DNA from: an uncultured delta proteobacterium
GTDB lineage: Bacteria; Myxococcota_A; Polyangia; Polyangiales; Polyangiaceae
DNA: 64,000 nucleotides
Assembly (NCBI GenBank): GCA_963806225.1
Contig: CAWDXG010000004.1
Span: 1,088,001-1,152,000 of the forward strand
Reading direction: 5' to 3'
Positions 1 to 10,427 of this stretch are shown piece by piece. The notes under the pieces were generated by a model. That model was not told where the DNA came from, made no database searches, and saw only the letters and a list, made by a program, of their open reading frames with translations. Position 1 is the stretch's first letter, and the number at the start of each line of letters is the position of its first letter. The translations under genes and the position numbers were made by a program.

Positions 1-1227
1 CTGGGCGTCCGGATTGGTCGCGAGACCCCGGTTGTAGCAGGCGCGGAAGCCAGCGCGCATGCCCGCCACCACGCGGCTCGCATTGCTCACGGTACCGCCA
101 GCAACGGACGCGCCGCCGACCGACGCGTTGCCACGCGGCCCCTTCACCTTCTTGACCTTGCCGGTGCCGCCGGTGCCCGAGGACTTGCCCGTGCTGCCGA
201 TGCTGCCGAGCCCGCCACCCATCTGGCCCGGACGGATGGCGCCGCCCGCACCGCCCAGCTTCAGATCACCCGTACCGGCGCCTACGCCCGCACCACTAGC
301 CGCCGCCTGGTCGAGAGCGCTGGTCGCGACCTCGCTGTTCTGCAGCACACCCGCGGTGGCCGGCCCCTGGCTGGACAGCGCGCCCAGGGTGGCCATCTCG
401 AGCTTGTCCAGGCTGTGGCTCAGCGCGGCGGCCTGCGCCGTGCTCATATGGCCGGCCTTGCCGGCCGTCCCCTTCGCGGCCTTCTGGGGCGCGGCCTTGG
501 CCTCGGCCTTCTGGGACTTCTGGTCGCCTTGATCGGCCGTCTCGGTGGGCTGTTCCACCGGCGGGGGCGGCGGCAGGCTCTTCACCGTATCCACCAGACC
601 CGCCACGCTCACCTGCTCGTCCACGACCGGGTCGAGCCAGTCGGAGTAGATGGCCCCGATCGCGAGGAAGTGCAGCAGGAACGAGAACGCGGCGATCATC
701 GTCGTCGTCCAGTCGATCGACGTCGCGCCGCGGGTCACCGACACCGGCAGCTGCGGCTTCGGCTGTATGGGCGGCGGCGCCACGAACTGGAACAGGAACG
801 TGGTGTCCCCGATAACGACCTTGCCGCGCGAGTCCTCCGTCAGCTTGATCTGGTAGGCGCCCTGCGGCGTGCGACGCGCCTGGCCGCGGAGAACCGCGAG
901 ATCGGAAATTCCTGTCGGCAACGCGATGCGCCCGGTCATGCCGTCGAGGAAATTCAGGTAGTATTCGGCGCCCACCAGCTCGAAGAGACGGAAGCTCGGC
1001 GGCACGTTCGTCGCCGAGATGACGAACATGCTCTTCTCGCTCGGACCGACGGTGACGTGACTGCGCTGCTTGATGATCCGCTCTTCGACGACGCGTCCGC
1101 CCTGCACCAGTCCGATCCGCAGCACTTTCGGTCCGGTCGGCGCCACCGCGCGCATCACGGCGGTCATCTGACCGGGACGGGCCGAACCGGGCCCCGGCTG
1201 CTGCTGCGGGTAGGGCTGCTGCGTCAT
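1..1227 (-). CDS. GltG/AgmX-PglI-like gliding-motility envelope protein (3' end outside window)
   Basis: Not in the ORF track because it runs off the edge. Read manually from the ATG at 1227: MTQQPYPQQQ...KVLRIGLVQGGRVVEERIIKQRSHVTVGPSEKSMFV, then a TM segment, a Pro/Gly/Lys-rich linker and a TonB-C-like region (VVAGMRAGFRACYNRGL). Last gene of a Glt-like operon. Confidence 0.7.
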   Translation of the reverse strand, partial: MTQQPYPQQQPGPGSARPGQMTAVMRAVAPTGPKVLRIGLVQGGRVVEERIIKQRSHVTVGPSEKSMFVISATNVPPSFRLFELVGAEYYLNFLDGMTGRIALPTGISDLAVLRGQARRTPQGAYQIKLTEDSRGKVVIGDTTFLFQFVAPPPIQPKPQLPVSVTRGATSIDWTTTMIAAFSFLLHFLAIGAIYSDWLDPVVDEQVSVAGLVDTVKSLPPPPPVEQPTETADQGDQKSQKAEAKAAPQKAAKGTAGKAGHMSTAQAAALSHSLDKLEMATLGALSSQGPATAGVLQNSEVATSALDQAAASGAGVGAGTGDLKLGGAGGAIRPGQMGGGLGSIGSTGKSSGTGGTGKVKKVKGPRGNASVGGASVAGGTVSNASRVVAGMRAGFRACYNRGLATNPDAQ

Positions 1228-1279
1228 CGTGGAGCTACCTCGTGGGCAGGTGTCGGGACCTGGAGTGGTCCGTCTCCCG

Positions 1280-1307
1280 TTGGACACCGCGAACCCGGAG
1301 AGGTTCC
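1280..1307 (-). promoter_or_regulatory. Candidate ECF-sigma promoter upstream of the gltG-like gene
   Basis: Minus strand reads GGAACC-N16-GTCCAA, about 50 bp upstream of the ATG; resembles the sigmaE-type GGAAC...GTCNAA consensus. Confidence 0.4.
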
Positions 1308-1408
1308 GGTGACAACGACAGCCTACCCCGACAAGCCCGACCGGGTCCACCTCGGGGAAGGCCTACGCGAGCGGAACAACACGGCTTCCGGCCGCCGGCC
1401 CGCGCGGC

Positions 1409-1972
1409 TCAGCTAGACTCCCCCGGTGCCCGCTTCTGCTCCGCCGGCAGCAGGCCCGAGAAGGCCGAGCGCAGGCCGTTCCAGGCCTCGCGGTGATGGA
1501 CGACGTGCCGCTCGGCCGCCCGGCCGAGCTGGGCGCACGCGAGAGCTCCGGTCAACCCGAGCAGAAACGGCGCAGCAACCCAGCCCAGCATGAGCCCCCC
1601 GCCTGGCAGCCCCCGGGCGATCCCGAGCACGGACAGCGCGGTTCCTGCCGCTGCGGCGATGCGCGCCGCCGCGCGTGGCACCTCGGCATTCGCATCGAGC
1701 TCCCGCCGGACATCGGCCAGCTGCTCGTTGATCATCGCGACACCGTAGTCGTGCGACGGCGCGTCGAGCACTTCGACAAGGGCCGACACGGCAGCCCACT
1801 GCTCCCGGTGTTCCGCCGCGACGCGTCCGGCGCGCTCCCGTCCGCCGTGGCCGAGTGCCTGCAGCAGCTCCGGCGCACCATCGCGATCGAAGCGCCGCGC
1901 CTGGGCGAGGCGCTGGGCGCTCCAGGCGACGCACAAGCCGACGACGAGCGCTGCGACCAGCGTGGAGATCAC
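1409..1972 (-). CDS. Membrane protein, remote MotA/TolQ/ExbB-like
   Basis: N-terminal TM, a helical region, then two TM helices (AARIAAAAGTALSVLGIARGL; WVAAPFLLGLTGALACA), as in TolQ/ExbB topology; divergent sequence. Confidence 0.45.
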   Translation of the reverse strand: MISTLVAALVVGLCVAWSAQRLAQARRFDRDGAPELLQALGHGGRERAGRVAAEHREQWAAVSALVEVLDAPSHDYGVAMINEQLADVRRELDANAEVPRAAARIAAAAGTALSVLGIARGLPGGGLMLGWVAAPFLLGLTGALACAQLGRAAERHVVHHREAWNGLRSAFSGLLPAEQKRAPGESS

Positions 1973-2028
1973 GCGAAGCCAGACCTAGGGCTGGGCCGCC
2001 CGCCGGCTTTGCCGGAGGGCCAGGCGGA

Positions 2029-2268
2029 TCAGAACGGATCCTTGTACAGCGCCTTCTCGATGCGATCGAGGAACGGCTGGCGCAGCTGGGCAAGCGTGAG
2101 CTTGGGCTGGATGCGGCTCACGTCCACGGCGGCGATCGGCTTCTGGACGCGACCGACGATCGTCACCTCGCTGATGGTGACCACGCGGCTCTTCTTGCCC
2201 TGCGCCATTGTCGTCGCGGGAAGCAACGTGCCCGCGACGGCGAGCGCGATACCGAGTCGGATGCTCAT
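2029..2268 (-). CDS. Small secreted CglF/GltF-like protein (79 aa)
   Basis: Signal peptide MSIRLGIALAVAGTLLPATTMA and EVTIVGRVQKP...LRQPFLDRIEKALYKDPF; start overlaps the stop of the upstream TPR gene; position matches gltE-gltF-gltG order. Confidence 0.65.
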   Translation of the reverse strand: MSIRLGIALAVAGTLLPATTMAQGKKSRVVTISEVTIVGRVQKPIAAVDVSRIQPKLTLAQLRQPFLDRIEKALYKDPF

Positions 2269-3728
2269 TTCTTGGTCCCTCCTGCGGGCGGCAGCGAACC
2301 GGACGAGCCGGAACCGCTCTTGGCAGGCGGCATCGAGCCGTTCGAGCCGGAACCGCCGCTGCCGGCCGCCGGCGCGGACTTGGCCGCCTGCGCCTGCTCC
2401 TGCTCCTTGGCCTCGATGAGCGCCTTCTTCGTCTTGGCGCGCGTGATAAGCTCCTTGGTGTCGTCGGGTGCGCCTCCGCCACCACGGGGAGCCAGCTTCT
2501 GGTACTCCGTGAATTCGCTGATCGCCTTGTCCGCCGCCTGCTTCGGCGTGACTCCGGGAATGTTCTCCGAGAACAGATAGAGCAGGCCCAGGTCGTAGTG
2601 CGCCTGCGCCATGTTCGGGTCCTTGGAGAGCACCCACTCCAGCTGCTTCTGCGCGTCACCGATCTTGCCTAGCAGCCGGTACGCATCGCCGAGATTGAGG
2701 TGGGCGAGGACATTGCCCTTGTCGTAGCGGATCGCACCCTCCAGGAGCGGCGCAGCGCCGGTAGCGTTGCCCGCCTCCAGCATGTACGCAGCCAGCTGCA
2801 GGCGCGCCTGGACCAGATCTGGACGCAGGTCGATCGCCTTCTTGAACTCGTCCATCGCGAGCTTCCGCTGGCCCTGCTCCTTCTCGATCATCCCGCGCAG
2901 CAGGTGTGCCGACGCGTTGTTCTTGTCCCTGGGCGGATTCTCGGGACCGTAGCCGTCGAGGATCCCCTTGAGCGTGTACAGGGCCAGGTCGAGTCGACGA
3001 TTCCGGTAGTGGTCGCGCGCCAACGTCATCATCGCCGGGCGGTAGTCCGGATTTTTCTTGAGCGCTTCCTGGGCCAGCCGCTGCGCGTCGGCGGAGTTGC
3101 CCTCGATCGACTTGACCTCCGCGAGCCCCGCGGTGATGGCGGCGCTCTTCGGGTACTTGGACTGCTGGTTCGAGAGGAACGTCTCGGCCTCGCTCTGCTG
3201 TCCGGTGTTGGCCAGCAGCACGCCGTACGAGACGATGGCCGGCTCGTAGTCGGCAACGATACTGATCGCCCTCTTGTACGCCGACAGCGCGCCCGCATTG
3301 TCTCCGAGCCGCTCGTCCACCACACCCAGCGAATAGTACGCCTGGTAGGCGTTCGAGTCGGACTGCGCCGCCTTGTTGAACTGCGCCTTGGCCCCGTCGA
3401 GATCACCGTTCTGGAAGGCCGCGAGCCCCGCGTTGTACGCCTGCTGCGCCGAGGCATTCATCTTCGGGCGATTCGCCGCCGACGCACCGCTCGAAGGCCG
3501 ATCGGTGACCGCGTACTGCTGGCCCTGCTGGTTCTGTGCCGTACCGACGCCGCCGCCGGCCGGCGTCTGCACCTGCGTGCCCGAAGGTACCTTCGGGCCG
3601 GCCGTTTCTTGCCCGGCGCAGCCCACGCTCCCCAGAGCAGCAACCAGCGCGAGCGGGAGCGCGAGACGCGCTGCGCGACGCCGGGGCCAGCCTTCGCGGA
3701 TCAGTGTATTCATCGCCTGCCCCTTCAT
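2265..3728 (-). CDS. TPR lipoprotein, GltE/AglT-like
   Basis: Lipobox-like LGSVGC; many TPR repeats (AYYSLGVV, AHLNLGDAYRLLG, AHYDLGLLY); operon position. Confidence 0.75.
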   Translation of the reverse strand: MKGQAMNTLIREGWPRRRAARLALPLALVAALGSVGCAGQETAGPKVPSGTQVQTPAGGGVGTAQNQQGQQYAVTDRPSSGASAANRPKMNASAQQAYNAGLAAFQNGDLDGAKAQFNKAAQSDSNAYQAYYSLGVVDERLGDNAGALSAYKRAISIVADYEPAIVSYGVLLANTGQQSEAETFLSNQQSKYPKSAAITAGLAEVKSIEGNSADAQRLAQEALKKNPDYRPAMMTLARDHYRNRRLDLALYTLKGILDGYGPENPPRDKNNASAHLLRGMIEKEQGQRKLAMDEFKKAIDLRPDLVQARLQLAAYMLEAGNATGAAPLLEGAIRYDKGNVLAHLNLGDAYRLLGKIGDAQKQLEWVLSKDPNMAQAHYDLGLLYLFSENIPGVTPKQAADKAISEFTEYQKLAPRGGGGAPDDTKELITRAKTKKALIEAKEQEQAQAAKSAPAAGSGGSGSNGSMPPAKSGSGSSGSLPPAGGTKK

Positions 3729-3732
3729 CGCG

Positions 3733-6700
3733 TCACTGCGCCAGCACCGGCAGCGGGTGCGGCATGGCCTTCGGCTTGGGCGAGGTCACCAGACCCGGCC
3801 GCATCTTCGGGAACATCCCCGGCGTGTAGTTGAGGTCCTTCACTCCAGCGGTGTATTGCGCCATCTTCGCTTCTCCGATCACGTCGGTGAAGAACGCCAG
3901 CCTGCGGATGGCGCGCGTCACCGCCGCGTTGGAGATATTGTAGCGCTTTGCGAGCATCACCGCCGTCGCATAGCGGTTGACCATGACGCGATCGGCGCCA
4001 TCGAGCTCCTTGTCGCGCGTCGCGCGCCACTGCTGCTCGACCTTGACCCGGATCGCGTCCGCCTTCTCCTGCAGCTCGGGCCTGCTGCTGTTTTCAGCCT
4101 GCTTGAGCAGCCGCTCGGTACGCGCGTCGAACATCTTGAGAGCAGGCGGGCGCGTGTTGAACAGACCCGTGCGGAGCGAGTCGTAGACCGAGCCCTGCCG
4201 GGCCACCGCGGCCGCCGTCCATTCCGGCGACACGTACGCGTCGACGATGTGCTGCAGCTTGTCCTTCCACTTCTTCGCTTCGACCGCGTCCTTGCGGTAC
4301 TTCTTGATGACCTCGACCGCGGTGCCCTTGTAGTGGTGGTGCCCGGTGTCGTAGTCGAAGTTCCGCTCGATCTCCTTGTCGAGCATCGCGTATTCGCCTT
4401 CGGCCGCCATCGACGCTTCGGCCGAACCGAGCGCCGTGCTCTTCCCGCCTGTGCGCGGCGCCAGGCCCTTCCACTTCTCGAACGCCTTGATGGTGTACGT
4501 CCACCACTTGTTGGTATCGCCCGCGTGGCTGGCGTCCTTCGTCTTGGCCACCCAGTATGCGGACTTGACGACGTACTGCGCGGCGGCGTTGCTGTTCTTG
4601 TGCCGCGTGTAGTAGTCGGCCATCGCCTGTTCGGCGTGGCGCCGCGCGTTCGCGTTCGCGCCGGTATCGGGGCTGTACTGGTCCCACTTCTTGAGCTCGG
4701 CGCTAGCGACGATGTAGTCGGCCTGCGCCATCTCCTTGGGTGATGCGCCGAGCTGTTCAAAGCGCTTTTTCGCGCGCGACATCCCGCCGGAGTCGTCCAG
4801 GCTGGCGTACAGGGTGAGGGCCTGCTGCGCCGCATCGCGGCGCTCCTTCTGCGAGAAGTTCGGGTTCTCGCTGATGCTGTCGTAGGTGGCAGCCGCCTTC
4901 GGGTAGTTGAAGAACAGGACGTACGCGCCGGCGAGCGCATCGTCGGCCTGCTTCAGGTACTTGACGCGCTCCTCGTACTTCTTGGGATCGGGCGCGACCG
5001 GCGGCTTGGCCTTGGGGTCGCCCTTCTGCAGCTTGTCGAGCGTCTTGTTGTCGCCGTAGTGCGAGATGAACAGCTCGTACATGGCGATCGCCTTGTCGTA
5101 CTCGCCGACCTTCTTGTACGCGTACGCGCCGTTCATGGCCGCTTCCGGCGCCTCGTCGCGGTCCGGCGCAGCGTCGAGCGCGACCTTGTACGCGGCCGCC
5201 GCCTCGCGCCACTTCTTGTCGCGTGCCGGCCCGTCCGGCATCTTCTGCGCTTCGTCGTAGAGCTTGCGCGCGTCGAGGTAGGCGACGCCCTGCTTGACCG
5301 GCTTGCGGATGGCGTCCTCCGCCTTCTTGCTCTCGGCGTCGAAGGCGCAGCTCTTGCCCGTCGCAAGCCTGCGACTCTCGGCGGCGTTGTTCTCGAAGTT
5401 GCTCATGCTGATGAGCTTCTCCCACGCCTTGTAACCCCACTCGTCTTTGCCGCAGTGATTCTTGTAGAGCGGCTCGAAGCGGGCACGAGCCTCCTTGAAG
5501 TGGCCGTACACGAAGTAGTAGTCGCCGGCCTGGAAGGCATAGAGCAGGCCGTTCTTCTCCGGGTCCTTGTCTTCGGGGATCCTGGCGTTGTACTCGTCGC
5601 GCGCCTTGATCGTGTCGAGGACCGGCTGCGGGACCGGGTCGACCACGACCTTCTTGTCCTTCCCTTCGCCGCTGAAGTGGACCTTGTCCCGCTTCTCGAT
5701 GCCTTCGGCGCCGTTCGAATCCTTGTACTTGCGGTAGTCGTCGTCGAGCACCTTCTCGGCGATCGTCACGACGTAGTACGCCGCGGGCTGGAGGTACTTG
5801 TCGTCTTCGTTCGAGTCGCGCACGGCAATCGCGGCATCGCGCGCGGCCTTGATCTCCGCGGGCGTCGGCGACTTGTCGATCGCGATCTGCAGCACGACCA
5901 CCCAGTAGCGGGCATCCGCCAGCCAGAACTTGCTCTCGTAGGCGTCGATAGCGTTGGGATCCTGGGAGTAGTAGGCGGCCCAGCCCGTACCGGCCAGGCG
6001 GTACTCCTCGATCGCCTTTTCGATCAGCGCCTTCTGCTCCTCGGCGTCATTCAGCTCGAGCGCGCGGTTGTACAGCGCCTTGCCGCGATTGGTGTGATCG
6101 GCAGCGGCGCGCTTGAGGCCGTTCTTCACCAGTTGCTCTGCCTGCTGCAGCGCCTCGGGATCGTCGCGATTGGCGTCGGTCCAGGGCGTCGTGCCGACGT
6201 AGGCGGCGAGCTTGGTGCGGGCCTCGAGCGCCTTGCTCGAGTACTCGGCCTTGGCTGCAGAGCCGTCCGGAGCCAGGCGGGCGAGCTGATCGTACAGCTC
6301 GGCGACCTTGTTCTGCATCACCGGCGCGTCGCGATCCATCGGGAACTTCTTGAGCGTGAGCTCGAGCGTCGCGATGGCATTGCGGTTCTGCGTGATGTCG
6401 ATGAATTCCTGGGCCAGCGCCTTGTAGATCTCGACGGTCCACTTCTTGTCCTGGTCGATCAGCTCCGGATCCTGCACGCGCTGGATCGCGATGCTCATCT
6501 TCTGCTCGGCGACCAGCGGGTCCTGCTCGACATCGAGGACGTCGTTGCGCGGGATAAACGGATCGCCGGGCGGCGGCCCGTCGAAGTCCACGTAGGTCAG
6601 CGAGCCCGCGATGTACGTGTACGCTTCCGAGCGGAAGTCGGCGCCGGGGTCGCCCGTCTTCTCCTCCTGCTCGTCCGCGTAGTGCAGCAGCTTGACGAAC

Positions 6701-7923
6701 CACTCGACCGCCGTCTTGTAGCGCTGCTGCTTGTAGTAGGTCCAGGCGAGCTTGTACATCGCCACGCCGTAGATGGGCGGCTTCTTGTAGACGAGTGAAT
6801 GCTCGTACGCACTGACCGCGCGGTTCAGGGTGTAGGGTCCGCCGTGGGGGTCTTCCTGGTCGAAGTGGTAGTCACCCATCTTCCACCACACCTCGGCCAG
6901 GTAGCGCGGGTCCTGACCGGGCGCGGTGTTCTGCGGGATCGGCTTGCAGCTATCCGGGTACGGATCCTTGAAGCCGAGTTCTTCCTCGTCGACGCCGATG
7001 CCCTTCGCCTTGGTGTTGGCGTGCCTGCCGCCGGGACCCGCCTTGTCGAGCGGAAGCGGGTGCTTGTTGTACCAGGCGGTCCAGAACTTCTGGTCGTGAT
7101 CCTGCGGCAGCGGCTGGAGCAGGATCTTGTCGGGATCCTTGGGGTCGTCCTTGACCTGGTACAGGTTGGAGCAGACGAGCGAGCGCCAGGCCTGTTGCCC
7201 TTCGTCGATCTGGCCCGAGTCGGTGTAGGCGTGACCCAGATAGTAATGGACGGCTGCGATTTCCTCGTAGCTCGGGAACTCCCGGATGATCCGGCGGTAC
7301 AGGGCGATGGCCGGCTTCAACCCCGGACCGAGCGGCGCGTCGAAGTTGCTGCGCGCGCGCTCCTCGTACAGCGCGGCCAGACGGAACATCGCGTCCGGCG
7401 TCGCGGAAGGATCGGCGTTGTCGCCGCTGTAGCGGGCGATGAATTTCTCGAGCCGCCGGATCGCCTCGTCGCGCGCATCGGTGAGGCCCTTCTTCTCGAT
7501 GGCAATTTCCTTGTCCAGCCGGGACAGGACGCGGCGCCGCTTCTCTTCGTAGTGGTGGCGCACGATCATGGTCAGGGTGTTGCGGAAATCGCGCGCGCCC
7601 TGCTCGTAGGCCTTCTCCTCCTCCTGCAGCATCTCGAGCGCACGCAGCTGCGCCGGCGTGGGCGGCGGCGGCGGCGGCGCAGCCTTGTGCAGGCTGATGA
7701 CGGGGGCAGTCGTTGCCGGCGCAGCGGGCGCAGCACCGGCTTCCGTCGCCGCCGCCCCCGCGTCGGGCCCCGTCGCCGGCGGCATGGCCGCGGCGCTCGC
7801 GTCCGGTCCGGAAGCAGGCTGGGAGAGCGCCGTCCCCGGCATCGCGAGAAGCCCCGCGGCCAGCGCTCCGGTCGCGGCCAGCGCGACCAGGCCGCGTGCA
7901 GCACGTTTCAGCGGACTCTTCAT
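3733..7923 (-). CDS. Large secreted TPR protein, GltD/AgmU-like (~1396 aa)
   Basis: Likely start MKSPLKRAARG overlaps the upstream stop; signal peptide; TPR motifs (PDAMFRLAALYEE, HYYLGHAY, MYKLAWTYYK). Confidence 0.75.
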   Translation of the reverse strand: MKSPLKRAARGLVALAATGALAAGLLAMPGTALSQPASGPDASAAAMPPATGPDAGAAATEAGAAPAAPATTAPVISLHKAAPPPPPPTPAQLRALEMLQEEEKAYEQGARDFRNTLTMIVRHHYEEKRRRVLSRLDKEIAIEKKGLTDARDEAIRRLEKFIARYSGDNADPSATPDAMFRLAALYEERARSNFDAPLGPGLKPAIALYRRIIREFPSYEEIAAVHYYLGHAYTDSGQIDEGQQAWRSLVCSNLYQVKDDPKDPDKILLQPLPQDHDQKFWTAWYNKHPLPLDKAGPGGRHANTKAKGIGVDEEELGFKDPYPDSCKPIPQNTAPGQDPRYLAEVWWKMGDYHFDQEDPHGGPYTLNRAVSAYEHSLVYKKPPIYGVAMYKLAWTYYKQQRYKTAVEWFVKLLHYADEQEEKTGDPGADFRSEAYTYIAGSLTYVDFDGPPPGDPFIPRNDVLDVEQDPLVAEQKMSIAIQRVQDPELIDQDKKWTVEIYKALAQEFIDITQNRNAIATLELTLKKFPMDRDAPVMQNKVAELYDQLARLAPDGSAAKAEYSSKALEARTKLAAYVGTTPWTDANRDDPEALQQAEQLVKNGLKRAAADHTNRGKALYNRALELNDAEEQKALIEKAIEEYRLAGTGWAAYYSQDPNAIDAYESKFWLADARYWVVVLQIAIDKSPTPAEIKAARDAAIAVRDSNEDDKYLQPAAYYVVTIAEKVLDDDYRKYKDSNGAEGIEKRDKVHFSGEGKDKKVVVDPVPQPVLDTIKARDEYNARIPEDKDPEKNGLLYAFQAGDYYFVYGHFKEARARFEPLYKNHCGKDEWGYKAWEKLISMSNFENNAAESRRLATGKSCAFDAESKKAEDAIRKPVKQGVAYLDARKLYDEAQKMPDGPARDKKWREAAAAYKVALDAAPDRDEAPEAAMNGAYAYKKVGEYDKAIAMYELFISHYGDNKTLDKLQKGDPKAKPPVAPDPKKYEERVKYLKQADDALAGAYVLFFNYPKAAATYDSISENPNFSQKERRDAAQQALTLYASLDDSGGMSRAKKRFEQLGASPKEMAQADYIVASAELKKWDQYSPDTGANANARRHAEQAMADYYTRHKNSNAAAQYVVKSAYWVAKTKDASHAGDTNKWWTYTIKAFEKWKGLAPRTGGKSTALGSAEASMAAEGEYAMLDKEIERNFDYDTGHHHYKGTAVEVIKKYRKDAVEAKKWKDKLQHIVDAYVSPEWTAAAVARQGSVYDSLRTGLFNTRPPALKMFDARTERLLKQAENSSRPELQEKADAIRVKVEQQWRATRDKELDGADRVMVNRYATAVMLAKRYNISNAAVTRAIRRLAFFTDVIGEAKMAQYTAGVKDLNYTPGMFPKMRPGLVTSPKPKAMPHPLPVLAQ

Positions 7924-10427
7924 TGCTGATCCTCCGCGTCGTCCAGCACCTCGCGCAGCTCGTCGTTCAGCTGCTGGTTTTCGCGGGCACGCTCTCGCTG
8001 CAGGTCGCGGACCCGCGTCCGCTGCTCTTCGCGGACTTCCCACGCCTCCTGCACGATCCCCACGTCGGACCTGAGAACGATGCTCTTCAATCGGTCGCGG
8101 ACCAGCCCGAAATTCTTCATGGCCATCTGGCCCACCAGCAGCCGCGCCTCTTGATCCAGCGCGTCGAGGCTGCCGGAGTACTTGTCGATGTTCGAAGCCT
8201 CGGTGGCGACCTGCGCCTCGAGGCCCCTCGCCTTCTCGAGGGCTTCGCGTTCGAGCGAGGCCTTGATGCCCTCGAGCTTCGAGGATGCGGAATCGGCGCG
8301 GGACAGCACGCTCTGGATGGAACGCGCGTACTCCTGCGCGTTGCCGTTGTCCTGGCCGGACGCGACGAGCTGCACCTCGCGGGAGAAGAGCTGGCGGAAC
8401 TGCGTGCGCACCTGGTCGTCTTCCACGTAGCGCTGGTCGCCGAAGCCGATCTGGACCCGGCCCATATCCACCGCCTCCTGGTAGGCCTTGATACGTTCGC
8501 GGTAGGTCTTCAGATCGCGTTCGTTGGCCTCGATCTCCGCTTCGAAGCGCCGCCGGCTCTCCGGATCCCGCACGACCCCGTACTGATCGGCGTCCTTGAG
8601 CACGCGATGCAGCCCGTTGACGATCGCCTGCAGCTTGTCCGCCTCGAGCGTGAGACGCTGCAGCTGCTGCGACACCTTGTTCCACTCGTGCTCGCCCGAG
8701 GAGTCGCGACGCGAGAAGTCGCCCGGCGTGACCGGAAGCCATCCCATGCGCTTCATCAGCGCCCGCCGCTTCGCCCTCACCTGGCCCAGCTCGCCTCCCA
8801 CATCCGAAGAGGCCACGTCGTCCATGCCCTCGGCCAGCGTGCGGCGGGCCACTGCGACCTTGTTGAGCAGGCCCAGGGCCTGCTCCAGCGACGCCTTGAT
8901 CTCCGGAAAGGCCTTCGCGCGCGTGCTGGAACCGAGCACCGCGTTCAGCTTGTTGATGAGCCGATGTGATTTCCGTATCAGCTCACGCGAGCGGGAAACG
9001 TCGTCGATAATGGCAAAGGCGCGGTCGTTCTCCGCTTCCTTCCGCGCCCAGTCGATGACCACCGGCGAAAGCGGGCCGCCGGTCTGCTCCGATTCGAGTC
9101 GATCCTGCACCAGCTTGTCGTAATAGACGGCCGGATCGGTGGTGACCTTCAAGAACTGGTCGACCTGCGCGCGGATGGGGTCGTATCGGTTGTGCACGGA
9201 TCGATAGAGCTTGAGCGACTTGTCGAACTGACCCTGGCGCAGCATCAGGTCGGCGCGGAGCAGCGTGCCGTCGGCCATCTGGAGGTTCTGGGGCGCCGTG
9301 ATGCTGAGCACTTCCAGGGATCGCTGCGCGCGCTGGTAGTCGCCTAGCCGCGCGTAGTCCCACGCCAGCTCGTAGAGCATGGTGTTGAACTCGGGCGACT
9401 TGCGGTTGACGTGTCCGTAGGCGTCAGCCGCATCGAGGAAGTTGTCCGTCTCGTAGAAGAGTCGGCCGATGGCCATCCAGGCCAGATCGATGACGTGGCG
9501 GTGCTTCTGGCTGTCGGGCGGGAGCCGCGTGACCTTGCGGAACTGATCGATCGCCGCGGCGTAGCGCTTCTTGTCCGGCGGCGGAGCGATGGTCTTCGGC
9601 GACGGTCCGATCGAAGCGCCGGCTGCTTTCTGCTGCTCCTTGTCGCTCCCGGCCTTGGCCTTGTCGTCTTTCTTGTCGGACTTGGCCTTGTCGTCGGTCG
9701 GCGCGGCGGCTGCAGGCTCTGCGGGCGGTGGAGTGGGCGTGGACATCTTCACCAGGATGGCGCCCAGGAGATACTGCCCCTGCGGGTAGTATTCCGAGCT
9801 CGCCGCCAGCGAGCCGAGGGCGCTCTTGGCCTGATCGTACTCGTGCTTGGCAAAGTACGCCTTGGCGCGTGCGTACTGCAGCGAACCGGTCGCATCCGAC
9901 GCCGGCAACTGGCCGACGCGCTGGAACACGTCGTCGAGGCTGTCAAGGTCGTTGGTACGCAGCGCGACGTCGACCAGCCGGCTCAGAGAGCGGCCTGCAT
10001 AGGAGTCGTAGGGGCTCTGCGAAGCCTTGTCGAGGATGCTCCGGTAGTAGCGGCGCGCCGACAGGTATTGCTTCGATTCGAAGTACGCCTCCGCCAGAAG
10101 GAAGCGGGCGTCCGCGTCCGAGTTCGCCGACACCTTGCCCTGCCGGTGCAGCTCGACCACCTGGTTGAAGACCTCGATGGCGTGCTCGTAGTCCTTGGTA
10201 CGCAGCAGCATGTCGCCGGCGGCGATGCGCTTCTCGGGCGTCATGCGCATGTGCTGGGCCTTGGCGGCCGCAGCCCGCACGCTGCCGATGTCCGACTCCA
10301 CGCTCTGGATCGCCAGCTGCGCCTGGCCGCGCGCTTCCGTCGTCCCGATCGCGAACGCGGGTTTCGCGAGACCGAGTGAAGCCAGGGCTGCAGCGAGCGC
10401 CCAGCTCTGGGCGCAACGCGAACGCAT
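7920..10427 (-). CDS. Secreted TPR/coiled-coil protein, GltC-like
   Basis: Own signal peptide MRSRCAQSWALAAALASLGLAKPAFA starting at 10427; TPRs (LAWMAIGRLFYE, LYELAWDY) and C-terminal coiled coil. The 1136-aa ORF in the track is a frameshift fusion with the upstream gene. Confidence 0.7.
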   Translation of the reverse strand: MRSRCAQSWALAAALASLGLAKPAFAIGTTEARGQAQLAIQSVESDIGSVRAAAAKAQHMRMTPEKRIAAGDMLLRTKDYEHAIEVFNQVVELHRQGKVSANSDADARFLLAEAYFESKQYLSARRYYRSILDKASQSPYDSYAGRSLSRLVDVALRTNDLDSLDDVFQRVGQLPASDATGSLQYARAKAYFAKHEYDQAKSALGSLAASSEYYPQGQYLLGAILVKMSTPTPPPAEPAAAAPTDDKAKSDKKDDKAKAGSDKEQQKAAGASIGPSPKTIAPPPDKKRYAAAIDQFRKVTRLPPDSQKHRHVIDLAWMAIGRLFYETDNFLDAADAYGHVNRKSPEFNTMLYELAWDYARLGDYQRAQRSLEVLSITAPQNLQMADGTLLRADLMLRQGQFDKSLKLYRSVHNRYDPIRAQVDQFLKVTTDPAVYYDKLVQDRLESEQTGGPLSPVVIDWARKEAENDRAFAIIDDVSRSRELIRKSHRLINKLNAVLGSSTRAKAFPEIKASLEQALGLLNKVAVARRTLAEGMDDVASSDVGGELGQVRAKRRALMKRMGWLPVTPGDFSRRDSSGEHEWNKVSQQLQRLTLEADKLQAIVNGLHRVLKDADQYGVVRDPESRRRFEAEIEANERDLKTYRERIKAYQEAVDMGRVQIGFGDQRYVEDDQVRTQFRQLFSREVQLVASGQDNGNAQEYARSIQSVLSRADSASSKLEGIKASLEREALEKARGLEAQVATEASNIDKYSGSLDALDQEARLLVGQMAMKNFGLVRDRLKSIVLRSDVGIVQEAWEVREEQRTRVRDLQRERARENQQLNDELREVLDDAEDQQ

